Translations under genes and position numbers: made by a program | Shown: positions 1-13,927 of the stretch, piece by piece | How the letters are laid out: each line of letters starts with the position of its first letter | Position numbering within the stretch: the stretch's first letter is position 1 | Origin: Octopus bimaculoides | Lineage: Eukaryota | Assembly (NCBI RefSeq): GCF_001194135.2 | Contig: NC_068999.1 | Span: 52,949,049-53,013,048 of the forward strand | Reading direction: 5' to 3' | Length of the DNA: 64,000 nt | The notes under the pieces: model-generated | Databases searched by the model: none | Told to the model about the DNA's origin: nothing | What the model saw: only the letters and a program-made list of their open reading frames with translations

Positions 1-66
<66 letters not shown>
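1..66. repeat. (TG)n microsatellite, one of well over 100 SSR tracts in the window
   Basis: Direct inspection. Other long tracts: (CTA)n 833-875, (GATA)n 936-1020, (ATT)n 2560-2660, (CTA/CCA)n 16276-16479, (CA)n 18711-18832, (ATT)n 22023-22203, (AAT)n 43961-44048, (TG)n 52722-52856. Confidence 0.95.
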
Positions 67-71
<5 letters not shown>

Positions 72-547
72 GCATACACACGCCTGCGCTCATGAAAACA
101 TACATGCGTACACATAGATACAATTAGAAATGTTCCAGACGACAGCCGCTCATGCTAAGAACATTAACATTGTCTTTTTTTGTTGTTTTTATTGACTACA
201 CTAATCTAATTAACGGAATATTTGCGTATATTTTATATAGTTTTATTTCTAAATTTCTTTATCGTTTTGCTTATCCTCAATGTTGGGGGTTTTTTTCTGT
301 CTTATTTGCAATCAATTTTATACTCAATAAAATGCTATATCGTATTATGTGGAAAACTTCACTATTTAAAATGTTTATTTATATGTTTATATATGTATAA
401 ATATTTTCCTCCTATTACATCTCGGAAAATCAAATCGAATATCTAGTTAAGTAGCAAGCGATCTCCCTCTCTCCCTATCCCTCTCTCTCTCTCCCTTTCT
501 TTCTCTCTCTCGCTTTCTTACCCTCTCAATCTCTATCTATCAATCGC

Positions 548-585
<38 letters not shown>

Positions 586-832
586 GATGTGTATATACAC
601 AAATTCGAACATATACCTGCCTACCTACCTATATACCTATCTACACACAGTCACAAATATTCACATAAAAAGACACATAAACGCACATATGAACACAACA
701 CATGCTCATACACTTACACACACATACTCACACACTCACACACACACACACATACACACTCACACACATACACACTCACACACATACTCATTATATATAT
801 GTTTATTTTATGATTTCGCCCAGGCACAATGA

Positions 833-876
<44 letters not shown>

Positions 877-948
877 TATTTACACACACACATTCATATA
901 TACATACATAGAGAAATTCAGACAGGCAGATTGAAAGATAGATAGATT

Positions 949-1021
<73 letters not shown>

Positions 1022-1601
1022 AAAGATAGATAGATAAATAGATAGATAAATAGATGGATAAATACATACATACATACATACATACATACATACATACATA
1101 CATGCATGCAAACTAACATTCACACTGACAGAAGAGATTCTTATACACACAAATACGAATGCAACGTTAGTTAGCCAAACAAAATGACAGACAGACAAAT
1201 AGACAGGCAGATAGACAGGCAGACAGACAGACATACAAGTAAGCAGACAGACAGACATACAAGTAAGCAGACAGACAGACAGACAAATAGAGATCCATAT
1301 TGTTGTTTGAATGTTTATCGCTTCTAAGTGCGGTTGAATTACTGGGAATTTCACTAAATACTATTTAAAATCTGACCTAGATTTATGTGTATGACATGTA
1401 CTGTCTTATTTGCATTTATCTGTGTCTGCTGCCAACCAATTTACTTATCTGTCTGTGTGTCGGCGTGTTTATCTGCGTCTGTTCTAGTCCTCGTCATTTC
1501 TCTATCTTTCCTTGGATATTTGTCTGTCTACATTTTCTTTAAATTTCTGATCTCACCGAAGTCTTTGCGAATGTATGCATGTATGTATGTATGTATGTAT
1601 G

Positions 1602-1632
<31 letters not shown>

Positions 1633-2148
1633 GTATGTATGTATGTATGCATTACGTCTGTGTCTACGTGTATGTAGGTTTGTGTATGAACGGGCAGTTA
1701 TCGTTGTGTAATATATATATATAGACAAGTTCAAGATAAATTATAAGAGGTGTATATATATATATATATATATATATNNNNNNNNNNNNNNNNNNNNNNN
1801 NNNNNNNNNNNNNNNNNNNNNNNNNNNNNNNNNNNNNNNNNNNNNNNNNNNNNNNNNNNNNNNNNNNNNNNNNNNNNNNNNNNNNNNNNNNNNNNNNNNN
1901 NNNNNNNNNNNNNNNNNNNNNNNNNNNNNNNNNNNNNNNNNNNNNNNNNNNNNNNNNNNNNNNNNNNNNNNNNNNNNNNNNNNNNNNNNNNNNNNNNNNN
2001 NNNNNNNNNNNNNNNNNNNNNNNNNNNNNNNNNNNNNNNNNNNNNNNNNNNNNNNNNNNNNNNNNNNNNNNNNNNNNNNNNNNNNNNNNNNNNNNNNNNN
2101 NNNNNNNNNNNNNNNNNNNNNNNNNNAGAAAGAAAGTGAAGATGGAAT

Positions 2149-2500
2149 CTCAGCTTTACCTTTCATCCTTTCGGGGTCGATAAAATAAGTACCAGTTGAG
2201 TACTGGGGGTCGATCTAATCGTCTTAGCCCCTCCCACTGAAATTTCTGGCCCTGTGCCAAAATCTAAAACCATTATAATTATTATTATTGTTGTTCATGT
2301 CGTTGTTATTAAATGGTGAGCTGGCAGAATCGCCGGACAAAGTGATTAGTAACATTTCTTCCGGCATTACGTTCTGAGTTCAAATGCGACCGAAGTTGAC
2401 TTTGCCTTTCATCCTTTCGTGGTTGATAAAATTAGTACCAGTGGAGTTTTGGGGGCCGCTGTAATCGACTTGCCTGCTCCGCTGAAAACTGCTGACCTTA
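2149..2500 (+). mobile_element. Two adjacent SINE family A copies (2149-2272 3' half; 2315-2500)
   Basis: Both carry (g)cctttcatcctttcg(g/t)gg(g/t)..gataaaat..gtaccagt; the second has the head ggtgagctggcagaatc. Confidence 0.75.
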
Positions 2501-2587
2501 ACTGCCTATATCAGCAAAACTGCCCGTTTTGTTGACCAAAACTGTCTGTATTAGAAAGAATTATTATTATTATTATTATTATTATTA

Positions 2588-2660
<73 letters not shown>

Positions 2661-2680
2661 CCCTAACCTAACAAATCCAG

Positions 2681-2729
2681 AAAAGTGGATGCGGAGTAAG
2701 CTAGTCGATTGTATAAACAAGGTTGACAG
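2681..2729 (+). CDS. Predicted internal exon 1 of an uncharacterised multi-exon gene (xKWMRSKLVDCINKVD-R)
   Basis: Acceptor ccctaacctaacaaatccag with CTAAC branch-like motifs; open frame AA AAG TGG ATG CGG...GAC AG; donor AG|gtcagc. Phase 1 to phase 2, matching the next exon. Confidence 0.5.
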
Positions 2730-3890
2730 GTCAGCACTGTTTAACAGCAACGTCGTCAAAAACATCACCGTCTGCACCATAACCACTACCACCACCATTA
2801 CCAACAACAACAGCGAAAAACGACGGCAACAATAACAACAACAGCGTCTGAAACAAATAGCAACGAGCATAAAAAACACCAAAATAAAACACACACACGA
2901 GATCAAAGAAAGAAGATCAATACAGAGCTCAAACTAGCCATTGCCCTTTCTATCTCATCAATAACTGATTGAAATTTGATTCATTAATTGAAGACCTATT
3001 ATTTCGAAATTGTTAATAGTTAATAATGACCATAAAAAAAATATTTAATGGAGAATTAATATCAATGAAAAACACAATTAACAAAACAAATAGGTTTCAT
3101 ATAGACAACGGTGAATGTATAACAGGTTAATTAGGAGTTAATTATCAGCTGGTGACGGAATGTTGGTGATTATACATACATGCATATATATATATATATA
3201 TATATATATANNNNNNNNNNNNNNNNNNNNNNNNNNNNNNNNNNNNNNNNNNNNNNNNNNNNNNNNNNNNNNNNNNNNNNNNNNNNNNNNNNNNNNNNNN
3301 NNNNNNNNNNNNNNNNNNNNNNNNNNNNNNNNNNNNNNNNNNNNNNNNNNNNNNNNNNNNNNNNNNNNNNNNNNNNNNNNNNNNNNNNNNNNNNNNNNNN
3401 NNNNNNNNNNNNNNNNNNNNNNNNNNNNNNNNNNNNNNNNNNNNNNNNNNNNNNNNNNNNNNNNNNNNNNNNNNNNNNNNNNNNNNNNNNNNNNNNNNNN
3501 NNNNNNNNNNNNNNNNNNNNNNNNNNNNNNNNNNNNNNNNNNNNNNNNNNNNNNNNNNNNNNNNNNNNNNNNNNNNNNNNNNNNNNNNNNNNNNNNNNNN
3601 NNNNNNNTATATAAACAATCTTTTGAAACGTCGAATTTACAGACAAGAAATACAAATAAATTAGAAGTTGTAAAGCTCAAAAAGAAAATGGGAGATGCGA
3701 AAAGACCTACATATATGTTTCAGTGTAGCCCCTTGTTGACATGCAATTGTAAGAATTTGGTTATATGCTAGGAATGGTATCATTTTTAACTATATGGGGC
3801 AAAACTTCCTCTGGGTTATTATGAGCTTATAGAACTAAGGTTATATTTCTTGGAAGGAACTTATAATTTATTTGTATTTTTTTTCTTTTT

Positions 3891-4025
3891 AAATCCACTC
3901 ACAGGGCTTTGATCGGCCCGACGCTACAGTAGAAGACATTTGCCCAATGTGCCACGCAGTGGGACTGAACCCGGAACCATGTGGTTGGAAAGCAAGCTAC
4001 TTACCATACAGCCACATTTTCGCCT
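3891..4025 (-). mobile_element. SINE family B 5' part
   Basis: Reverse complement: tggctgtatggtaagtagcttgc...ccacatggttccgggttcagtcccactgcgtggcacattgggcaaatgtcttctact (tRNA-like head). Confidence 0.75.
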
Positions 4026-4964
4026 ATATATATATATATATATATGCATGCATGCATATATACATACGCGCGCGTGCACATGTATAAATGTACGTATATT
4101 GGTACATCAGCGTTTCTTATGTATTTCGTGCGTGTCACGAGAAGTGAGTTGACTGCAATTTTATAAAAATTCTCCAGTAGGATTGGATTTACTAAACAGG
4201 TATATTATATTGCAACAATAGAAAATGTTAAAAAAAAAGCAAATTTACAGTATTACTGAGGCGTTTATCAATGAGTGCATTGGAGAAAGCTTATCGGTTA
4301 TGAGAAAAAGAACAACATGACTGAAGGAGAACAATACAAAAAGAAAATTCTGATTAATGTGTAAGCTATGAAAAATACAAGAAGCAGACAAAATTTAAAG
4401 TGTCAGAGCAAACAATGGATTTAAAAGTGACTGGATTTTTATTCGTATCGCTGCGGAAGACATGGACAGGATGTACCAGTTTTGAAACGTAAAATGTTTT
4501 ACCACAGATAAGCTGAGGGATGGTATTTTCAACATTTGACTTTTACAAAGCAAATTGCCATCTTCAATAAGCTGAGAATCTCCTTCCATTAACAAGTCTT
4601 TCGCAGAGTCACTTCATAAGTGTTTCTGAGACTCCTTAGAAATTTAATTTCAAAGATAATTTGTCTTTATCATTTGTGTCAATGGGAAGCCAGATTTCAG
4701 AGATATAAAGAAGGAGACAGTATTTATCTGAGTACATGCGTCAAACACATCATATTCGTACCAATAAAAAACACAAAAAAAAAAAACAACTGTTGTTCAG
4801 TTGTGTATATTTTCTTCTTTGGAAGCTACTAATGTTAGATCTTACAAATTTGCTATTGAAACAGGTATTACAGAAATATATGCAAATATATTTTAACGAC
4901 ATTTTCACTAATCAATGTTAGATAATTATGGATTACCATTAATATTGGCGTTTCAAGTATACTA

Positions 4965-4999
<35 letters not shown>

Positions 5000-5009
5000 T
5001 GTATGTATG

Positions 5010-5073
<64 letters not shown>

Positions 5074-5360
5074 TGCGTGTGCTTGCGCGCGTGCATGTGT
5101 TATGTGTGTATGAGCATGTATGTATCTATATATCTATACACACACACACACACATATATATGTACATACATCTACGAAATCTTATACATGAGCATATACA
5201 TATTTAAATATGTGTAAATATGAATGCATGAGTGTGTGTGTGTGGGGGTGCGTGTGTAGGTGCGTGTGCGGATGCAAGTGTGTAACTGTAGGTGTAGTTT
5301 AGTTCATATGTTCTTAGGAATATTCATTTTTTTTACGCATGCGTGACAGCTTCTTCGTAG

Positions 5361-5398
5361 ACCAGAGGTACACAGAGAGAAGCAACAGTTGAAAATAT
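5361..5398 (+). CDS. Predicted exon 2 (R-PEVHREKQQLKI-C)
   Basis: Acceptor cttcttcgtag; consensus donor TAT|gtgagt; 38 nt, phase 2 to phase 1, joins exons 1 and 3 without a stop. Confidence 0.55.
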
Positions 5399-5834
5399 GT
5401 GAGTCAGAGCGTGCATGAATCATCCTCGAGTTCTGCTATCGATTCAGTGTTGCTACTTGACTTGCACGATGCTATGTTGTATTAGAGTGCGTACTGCTGT
5501 ATGTTGTATGTTGTATATATTGTTATGTACTTTTGTGCAGTACTGAGTCAAAACACTGACTAAATAAAGGCGAATTGCTAAGAAGAAGAAAACTCCGATA
5601 ATTATCTCTGCATGCTTCTCTTTTATTCGATACCCATACAAACTTCCAGCTCAGTCTGTATATTTCTGCATCTCCATTTATATATNNNNNNNNNNNNNNN
5701 NNNNNNNNNNNNNNNNNNNNNNNNNNNNNNNNNNNNNNNNNNNNNNNNNNNNNNNNNNNNNNNNNNNNNNNNNNNNNNNNNNNNNNNNNNNNNNNNNNAT
5801 ATATATATATATATATATATATACATGAATGCTT

Positions 5835-5869
<35 letters not shown>

Positions 5870-6088
5870 CACACATATATATTCACACACATTCATATAC
5901 ATATATATTCCCTTGTACATATGTGTGTATACATATACATGTATGTATGTATGTATGTACGTATGTATGTATGTATGTATGTATGTATGTATGTATATGT
6001 GTATGTATGTATGTATATGTAAGTGTTTGTATATTATGTTTTTGCATGCGTCTGTGTCTGTACTTAAATGTGTATATATGTGTGTGTG

Positions 6089-6129
<41 letters not shown>

Positions 6130-6181
6130 GTCTGTCTGTCTATCTATCTATATATTTATAATATATATACATACATATATT

Positions 6182-6220
<39 letters not shown>

Positions 6221-6590
6221 GAAGAGAGAGGGGAGATAGAGAGATAGATATATACACACATATACATACACACGTACATACATACATGCATAGACACACA
6301 CACATACATACATATGCAAGTATGTATTTTATGTTTATTGCTTAGTATTTTTATTGCGTAATTGACATCTTTAATCAGTGCATGTGTATATGTGTGTGCA
6401 AGGGAAGCTGCAAGTTGGCCTGTCTGACTGTCTGTTTGTCTTTCTGTCTGCTTACTCGTGCATGCATATATATGCACGTTTTGTTGCTTCCTGTGAATGT
6501 TATTCAAACTCAATGTAAAAATAGATACGCCATTTTTTGAAATTTGCTTTTGTTAATATTCAACTTTAGCTGTCCTTATAGAAATAAATG

Positions 6591-6650
<60 letters not shown>

Positions 6651-6789
6651 CATAACGTCCAATGATAATGAAAATAATGATGATAATCATAATAAACCAT
6701 CTTATGCCTGTTGCAGATTGATCTATGATAACACTAGGCTAGCCATCAGTCAAACTTTCCGCATAGCAAAACGCGCACCACCGATCATT

Positions 6790-7101
6790 CACATTGAATA
6801 TCTCTTGCTCATACAAGACCGTGCCGAGGGGCTGCGTATTTTTTAGGATTTACTTACTCGTTCCCTTCAGCATGGCTCCCACGAACAGGTATAATACGAA
6901 GGTGGTAAATCCTAACAAACGACGCAGACTCTCAATAAAATGCGTAACAATGGAAGCTTCACTGCTGTGGGCCGCCAGTTTGATGTCCATAAGTCTTCTA
7001 CGCGTTCCATTTACAAAATAATTGTAGATTATTCATTTATCACTGATTCATTTATCATCGACTCATTTATCACTGTGTTTTAGGATAAACGAGGATAGAT
7101 G
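6790..7101 (+). mobile_element. Internally deleted Tigger/pogo element with a transposase N-terminus relic
   Basis: ATG at 6872 (MAPTNRYNTKVVNPNKRRRLS..), frameshifted into KMRNNGSFTAVGRQFDVHKSSTRSIYK (psq-type HTH). The 3' end GATAAACGAGGATAGATG is 15/18 identical to the reverse complement of the 8727 terminus. Confidence 0.65.
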
Positions 7102-7646
7102 TGCATGCTTTTGATGAAATACAAGGAGAAGACATGATACTTTCAGATTTCATCCAACCACACTGCATAAAAACTATTATTTTTCCCTCAATCGATTTTT
7201 CTGCAGAAGGAAATCATATACTTTTGAAAGCAACGAAGCTATCTTAATGATTGTCTCCTAATCTTTCTGCGAACTGTTCATTGAATTCGATTGGATTTGT
7301 TCTGAATTATTTTATTTCAGCAGCCCTCTCACTGATGATGGAAATACTGACAGCTTTAAACTTACAGTTTGACAGTGATCAATTTATTTCAAAAGTCCCC
7401 TACTACCTATTATCACTGTATATTTTTCTTCTATTTTCACTTTCAGCTTATGTGAGCGTAAAGCTGAATTTTCTTTTTATTTGTTTATATTTGATAAATG
7501 TCGCCTCATTTCTTACAGGCTGCCATAGATCAACCGCTTCGTCTTCCGGTTTTCGTATTTTTAAAATGGTTTTTGCCTCTTTTATTGTCTTCAGTTTACT
7601 GTTTAATACTTACGGTGTTTCCTATGTATGTGTGTATATGTGTGTG

Positions 7647-7678
<32 letters not shown>

Positions 7679-7960
7679 CATGTGTGAATGTATGTATGTT
7701 TGTAGGTATGTATGTGCGTATGTATGTGTGTATGTATATATGTATGTATGTGCGTATGTATGTTATATGTATCTGCATAAGTATTTATTCATGCATATAT
7801 GTATGCATGTTCGCATGTGTTTATATGTGTGTGTATATATGTATGTACATATGTATGTATGCACGTACGTATGTATGTATGTTTTGTATGTATGCGTATG
7901 TATGTCTGTACATATATGTGTGTGTGTTTTGTTTGGTGTATGCATATAAGCATGTATATG

Positions 7961-7995
<35 letters not shown>

Positions 7996-8726
7996 NNNNN
8001 NNNNNTGTATGTATGTATGTATGTATATATGTATGTCTGATGTGTGTCTCAACTGAGACGGGAACGCCATTAATACAGAGAATAATCGTGTTACAAGCGA
8101 ACATTTTTACCAATAATTTCTGTAGGAAATTCCGTCTGTATGGCGCCTGTTTCTTAATGGAGGACACTGTTTGTAACAAAAAGCAAATATATCCAATATT
8201 AATTTAGAAAACAGTAGTCGCCCTAGCTAGTTGGTTAGCAATATATAGTTATTTTGATGTATTTTATGCATGAATGATTGGTAGTGGACAATAACTAGCA
8301 AGAAACTGTTTTACTTTGTTAGTATTTTGTGTTTATTTTATAACCAACTGGATATTGTGTTCTGAGATGGTTTGCACGGATTCACGATTATCTTTATTTG
8401 TGGATGTGTGAGTGTGCGCGAGTGCATACATGTGTGCGTGTGAATGTGTGTGCTATCCAATATATAAGAACGCGTGCATGTGTTAGTGTGTGTATATGCG
8501 TGCCTTAGAAGTTTTTCATAGAATGGGTAATAGGGGCGCTGTCTATTTATTGTTTGGACACCAACAATTGATACTCAGAGCTGGACTTTAGATCAAATGC
8601 CGAAGGAGATCCAGAGAATGAGGAAACTTTCCTAAGGGATCTGAGTACTCGAATGAATACTTGTGTCGTTCAGGAGGATTAGAACACACGACCTTCTAGC
8701 TAAAGAGGTACTTATTCTGTTTGGTA

Positions 8727-9040
8727 CATGTAACTTCGTTTATCACTGATTCAGTCATTACTGATCCGGGTTAACGGAGTAAGCTCCACTGTCAACCATG
8801 TCACACTTATTACGGATTGATCTATGGTAACACGAGTCGGTGATCAACTAACGATTCTGCTTGTACTGCAAAACATGCAACCCAACGACAACCCTCAATG
8901 CTTAGCTAACCAGAGTGCATTGACTGTTGCTTGTGTGTACACGACTGTGCTGCCGGGCTGTATATATGTTTCACACGGATTCAGTTCGCATCAGCATCGG
9001 ACCAAGGAAGAGAAAAGATACTAAAGCGCTAGATCCTAAA
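8727..9040 (+). mobile_element. 5' part of a second copy of the same Tigger-like family
   Basis: Starts TA|CATGTAACTTCGTTTATCACTGATTCA; 8917-9010 aligns with 6793-6880 (cattga..cttg..taca.gac.gtgc..gggctg..tcagcat.gg), followed by a GPRKRKDTKA-like start. Confidence 0.6.
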
Positions 9041-9155
9041 GAATTCCACGAACCCTCGTTCTTTGATTTAGTTTTGCCGACACAAATACTCACGGTTTTC
9101 TTCGGTATTTGGAAACTTAGCCTACATATTGATTTCAATAGATGTAACTTCAATA

Positions 9156-9382
9156 CAGTAATCCCTCGCCATATCGCGGTTCACCTATCGCGGTTTATTA
9201 TTTAAGCTTACGTCGATTCCTCCGTGGTGTTGTTTTGCATTGATAGTAAAATAAATATAAACAAATTATAAAAATAATTAAAAAAATATATACTGTACAG
9301 TACTGTTTCTATTTCGGGGATTTTTAGCTATCGCGGGGTTAGGGGTTGGAATGAAACGCCCGCGATAGTCGAGGGATTATTG
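9156..9382. mobile_element. Tigger/pogo-type MITE (227 bp)
   Basis: TIRs CAGTAATCCCTCG..ATCGCG / CGCGAT..CGAGGGATTATTG, flanked on both sides by a TA target duplication (9154-9155, 9383-9384). Confidence 0.85.
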
Positions 9383-10588
9383 TATTTCGTCAAATAACTC
9401 ATGCGAAGTTTCCCAACGCGATTAATGAGCTTTGAGCCTCTATCGCAATTTTGAATCAGCGGCAGCTATTCACTACCATGAAACCAAGCGATTCACCATA
9501 CCTACTAATTGTGGCTAAAACATATTTACCAGTAAGGAAACCCCTCTACATGGGCGTCCTGCTAAATTAGAAAATAAATAAATGAATAAATAAAGAGAAA
9601 GAAAAGAAGACATCGTAAAGACTCATTGGATAATGTATTGTAGTTCCAGATAATCGAAAACGATGGGATTGGCATGGCTGGAGCAGAAGCGATCATCACC
9701 ATCATCATCATCATCATCACAATGGTCGTCGTCGTTATTACCACCATCATCGTCATCATCCCCATCCTCTTCCTCCCCATCATCATCATCATCACCGTCA
9801 TTACCATGAACAGCAACAACATTAACTACAACAGCTGCGTGAGTGATTATATTTCGATTTACATTTTATTATATGATTCATCAAATGATTAAGACATTTA
9901 GAGAAAAGAAGAGAGAAAAAAAAAGCAACACAAAAAAACAACAAAAAACAACAAACAAATGGGAAAACAAAAGCAAGAGAAGGAAAGAGTCGAAACAAAC
10001 TAAAGAAAAACAGAAACAATTCCGAAAAGTGAAATAACGAAATTTAGGGAGATTTAATTAATTATGAAATGGGCAGATAAAAATCAGCGAAGAATAAGTT
10101 CAAGGTCCAGACACGATTGATAATAGGGAAGGAAGGGGCTAACGTGTCTGTCGGGAAGTCAATGGGATCTAGTAGGAGCTGTATTGGAACTTGTATGATT
10201 CATGTTGCTATATTTAGATATATTGTCAATCATTGCACATAACATCATAGCATTATTAGTCAATATGAAGCCGGATGCCGTAATGGCGTTTGCTTACCAG
10301 GGAAACGATAATCGTTGATTTAAAATAGTGGCGTTGTGTCTGTGTGTTTGAGTATATTTGTGTGCTTGCTTTATGCATGTCTAGGTGTGTGTGTGTGTGT
10401 CTCTATGTGTGTGTCGGTGGAGGAGTATGTCCGTGCGTATTGGTGTTTGTGTAGGTGGATTTGTGCATGTACATATGAGTGTGTGTGTGTGTGTATGTAT
10501 GTATGTTTGCGTGTGTAAGAGCAACCACATACAAGATTACTCACAACCGTGAGTATGTGGACGTGTGTATATACCTAAGTACATGTTA

Positions 10589-10743
10589 GGGGCAGGAGTG
10601 GCTGAGTGGTAAGTTACTTACTTACTAACCACATGGTCCCGGGTTTAGTCCCACTGCATGGCACATTGGGCAGGTGTCTTCGACTATAGCCTCGGGCTGA
10701 CGAAAACCTTGTTAGTGGATTTGATAGACGGCAAATGAAAAGA
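10589..10743 (+). mobile_element. SINE family B 5' part
   Basis: caggagtggctgagtggtaag...ccacatggtcccgggtttagtcccactgcatggcacattgggcaggtgtcttcgactatagcctcggg. Confidence 0.75.
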
Positions 10744-10763
10744 TGAAAGGCAAAGATGACTTC

Positions 10764-11053
10764 GAATAATTCACCTTTGGAAACATGGGTGTTTTTCTCA
10801 ACATCCTTAAACAAACATTTTTCAGGGACCTTTTGAGCAGGATGGGCTACTCGACCTGAAGAAAATTCTAACTAGGCCCCACCTGCGAGGTCATGCGCTG
10901 TTTATTTTGATATGAGATCACCATGTCGCGCACATATGGTTGTGATGCATGTGCCTGGTCTACCCTTATCAGACGGATAGTCATGATGGGTATACTAGGC
11001 TTCATATATTTTACCCCAGTGTCTCTTTGATGGCATGCACTGCTCTCTCACTC
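10764..11053. mobile_element. Partial copy of the (AAT)n-embedded element
   Basis: Aligns to about 44310-44587 (ggatgggctactcgacctgaagaaaattctaac...atggcatgcactgctctctcactc) and ends at (AAT)n. Confidence 0.75.
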
Positions 11054-11091
<38 letters not shown>

Positions 11092-11117
11092 GAATAATAA
11101 TAATAATCCTTACTACT

Positions 11118-11298
11118 AAAGGCGCAAGGCCTGAAATTATACATCGACACCAGTGTTTCACTGGTACTTAATTTATCGATCTGAAAAGATGAAGGGCAAA
11201 GTCAACTTCAGTCAAATTTGAACCAGAACGTAAAGACGGACGAAATGCCATTAAGAATTTTGACCGGCATGCTAACGGCTCTGCCAGATCGTCGCCTT
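11118..11298 (-). mobile_element. SINE family A copy
   Basis: ggtacttaatttatcgat..aaaagatgaagggcaaagtcaac...cagaacgtaaagacggacgaaatgcc...gctaacggctctgccag. Confidence 0.75.
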
Positions 11299-12002
11299 AC
11301 ACTTCATTATAATGATGAAAGAAAAATTCATGCTCTAACCGTCTGCACCACTCGCCCACACTTCATAAAAGCTTGGTATATTACGCTATCATTCACTTCT
11401 TACAAACTGTTCTCAGTTACAACGTAACAATATCAAAATGGCGGATATTGTGGGATAAAGAAAAACATTATGTAAAAGAAAATAAAACTACACAGAAAAG
11501 AAGCACGAACAGAAATATTAAGAGAAACAACAGCAACAATAACATCAACAACAACACCGACATAGTAATAAATGAAGAAACAACTGTTAGCATTAACGGT
11601 GACTCACATCTGTGCAATCAGACGAGTTCCAAGACTTGTGAATTTCGGGAGAATTCTACATTTTATTGGTTCGCTTCTTTTTGTGCGTAAATCATTTTTT
11701 ATTAATTTTTTTTTGTTTTGTTTGTGTGTGTGTGTATATTTTGCGTAACGTTAGTAAAGATAATTGGTTGTTGTTGTTGTAGATATTGTAGTTGCTGCTG
11801 CTGCTGCTGGTGTTGTTTTTGTTGTTGTCTTTGCTCTTGTGATTGGCGTTTCTTTTTTTTTATACGCTTTTTATAGATTTTCTATTTTCATTTCAGTAAA
11901 CATACATAATGAAGATATACACAAAATAAATCTATGCTTACATGTGTGCGTGTGTGCGTATGTGTATATGTGTGCGTGCGTATGTAAGTGTGTGATTGCA
12001 TG

Positions 12003-12042
<40 letters not shown>

Positions 12043-12105
12043 CATATATCTATAAGTATCTGTATTTTATATGTATATATAAAACATATATATATAATAT
12101 ACGTG

Positions 12106-12137
<32 letters not shown>

Positions 12138-12211
12138 CATGTGTTTGTATGTGTGTGTGTGCATGCATATGTATATGTATGTATGCATGTATATACGTAT
12201 GTGAGTGTATG

Positions 12212-12252
<41 letters not shown>

Positions 12253-12390
12253 ATATACAGACGCACATGTATATACATATGCACACATATATGCGTGTCT
12301 CTATGTTTAAATTTATGAATACATTTATGTACACACACGCATACTCTCTTTCACTTTCTCTCTGACTCTGTCTCTCTCTCTCTCACATGT

Positions 12391-12433
<43 letters not shown>

Positions 12434-12906
12434 AGTGGTGCCACCGCATAAAATAGAGAGAGGAAGGGAATAGCTATAAGTTTTGAAATCTTACTTGAAC
12501 CATGCATCTACTTACACACCCACGCTCATACAATGTTGTGGTTGCACATTTATACATACATACATACACACATATATATGTACATACATTCACACATGCA
12601 TATGCATGTGTGCATATACGTATATATGTCTATATTACACGCACCCCCACATGCACATGCACGTACATGTACAGAAATAAAGAGAGGAAGACACACATTT
12701 TAAAAGCATGTATATCAATATTTTACCTATTATATGTTTATAAATTAATGAGCTCAGACGTATTTTTATACACACAAACAGACGCACAGATAAATACTTA
12801 CAACATTTATATAAACACACATGCGTAATGCGTATAGTCACATGATTGAATACATCTACATATATATATGTGTGTGTGTGTGTGTATGTGTGTGTGTATG
12901 TGTGTG

Positions 12907-12958
<52 letters not shown>

Positions 12959-13894
12959 ATGAATATGTCCTGTATGTTTCCAGTCTGCAAATGCATCAGT
13001 GTTAAAGGTCACGTTGTACATATTGTACTATAATTGCGTTTCTCCTATTAATTTATCCAGACTTGGATTTCATGCAACAACTGACATCCATACAGTTTAT
13101 ATTAACTAGCCAAATAGTCACTAAAACACTTCCCCATGATGGAAGCAAGTAGTGAACAAGTGACTGGAACCTGGTAAATGGGGCAGGATTTTATGAACAT
13201 TCAGAAACAAAAGAATTCCAATAAAGTGTGGAATATACAATGAACCAGTCTCAGGTCGAATTTCTATAAATGCCAAAAAAAAAAAAAACAATTCTACATA
13301 AAAACTGACTTCCCAATAAATCAATGTGACGAAAGATTATCTATGACATCGCTTGACTTGATATATGGGGGCTAAAAAAACTGCAATTAGAATACCAGCA
13401 GCAGCAACAACAGCATCATCATCATCGTCGTCGTCGTCGTCATCGTCATCAATAGCAGCAGCAGCAGCAGCGGCAGCAGTGGTTTCGTAAGAAAGCAAAT
13501 AGAAAATAACATCGACTGAAAATGCAAATATCGATACAGGTTCAGTTTCTTCTTGGTTCCTTCGAAGTTCACGCATACACCTCACCAACACTCACACACA
13601 CACGTGCATATGTATATNNNNNNNNNNNNNNNNNNNNNNNNNNNNNNNNNNNNNNNNNNNNNNNNNNNNNNNNNNNNNNNNNNNNNNNNNNNNNNNNNNN
13701 NNNNNNNNNNNNNNNNNNNNNNNNNNNNNNNNNNNNNNNNNNNNNNNNNNNNNNNNNNNNNNNNNNNNNNNNNNNNNNNNNNNNNNNNNNNNNNNNNNNN
13801 NNNNNNNNNNNNNNNNNNNNNNNNNNNNNNNNNNNNNNNNNNNNNNNNNNNNNNNNNNNNNNNNNNNNNNNNNNNNNNNNNNNNNNNNNNNNNN

Positions 13895-13927
<33 letters not shown>

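Noticed and set aside
2710-2729. CINKVDRP resembling the NKxD G4 motif of translational GTPases
   Set aside because: No G1, G3 or G5 motifs in the chain, and the preceding strand (KLVDC) is not typically hydrophobic.
6707-6830. Exon-like reading RLIYDNTRLAISQTFRIAKRAPP... after a good AG
   Set aside because: Its 3' part aligns with the 8.9-kb Tigger-like copy, so it is transposon leader sequence.
8037-8068. CTGATGT-GT-GTCTC-AACT-GAGAC-GGGAAC hammerhead-like string
   Set aside because: Core positions are wrong (no GA after CUGAN, GGGAAC instead of GAAAC) and there is no stem I or III.
10800-10870. Possible HDV-like ribozyme in the AAT-embedded element (TTCAGG/CCTGAA pairing)
   Set aside because: Only a P2-like helix is present; I could not find P3, L3/P1.1 or a 7-bp P1.
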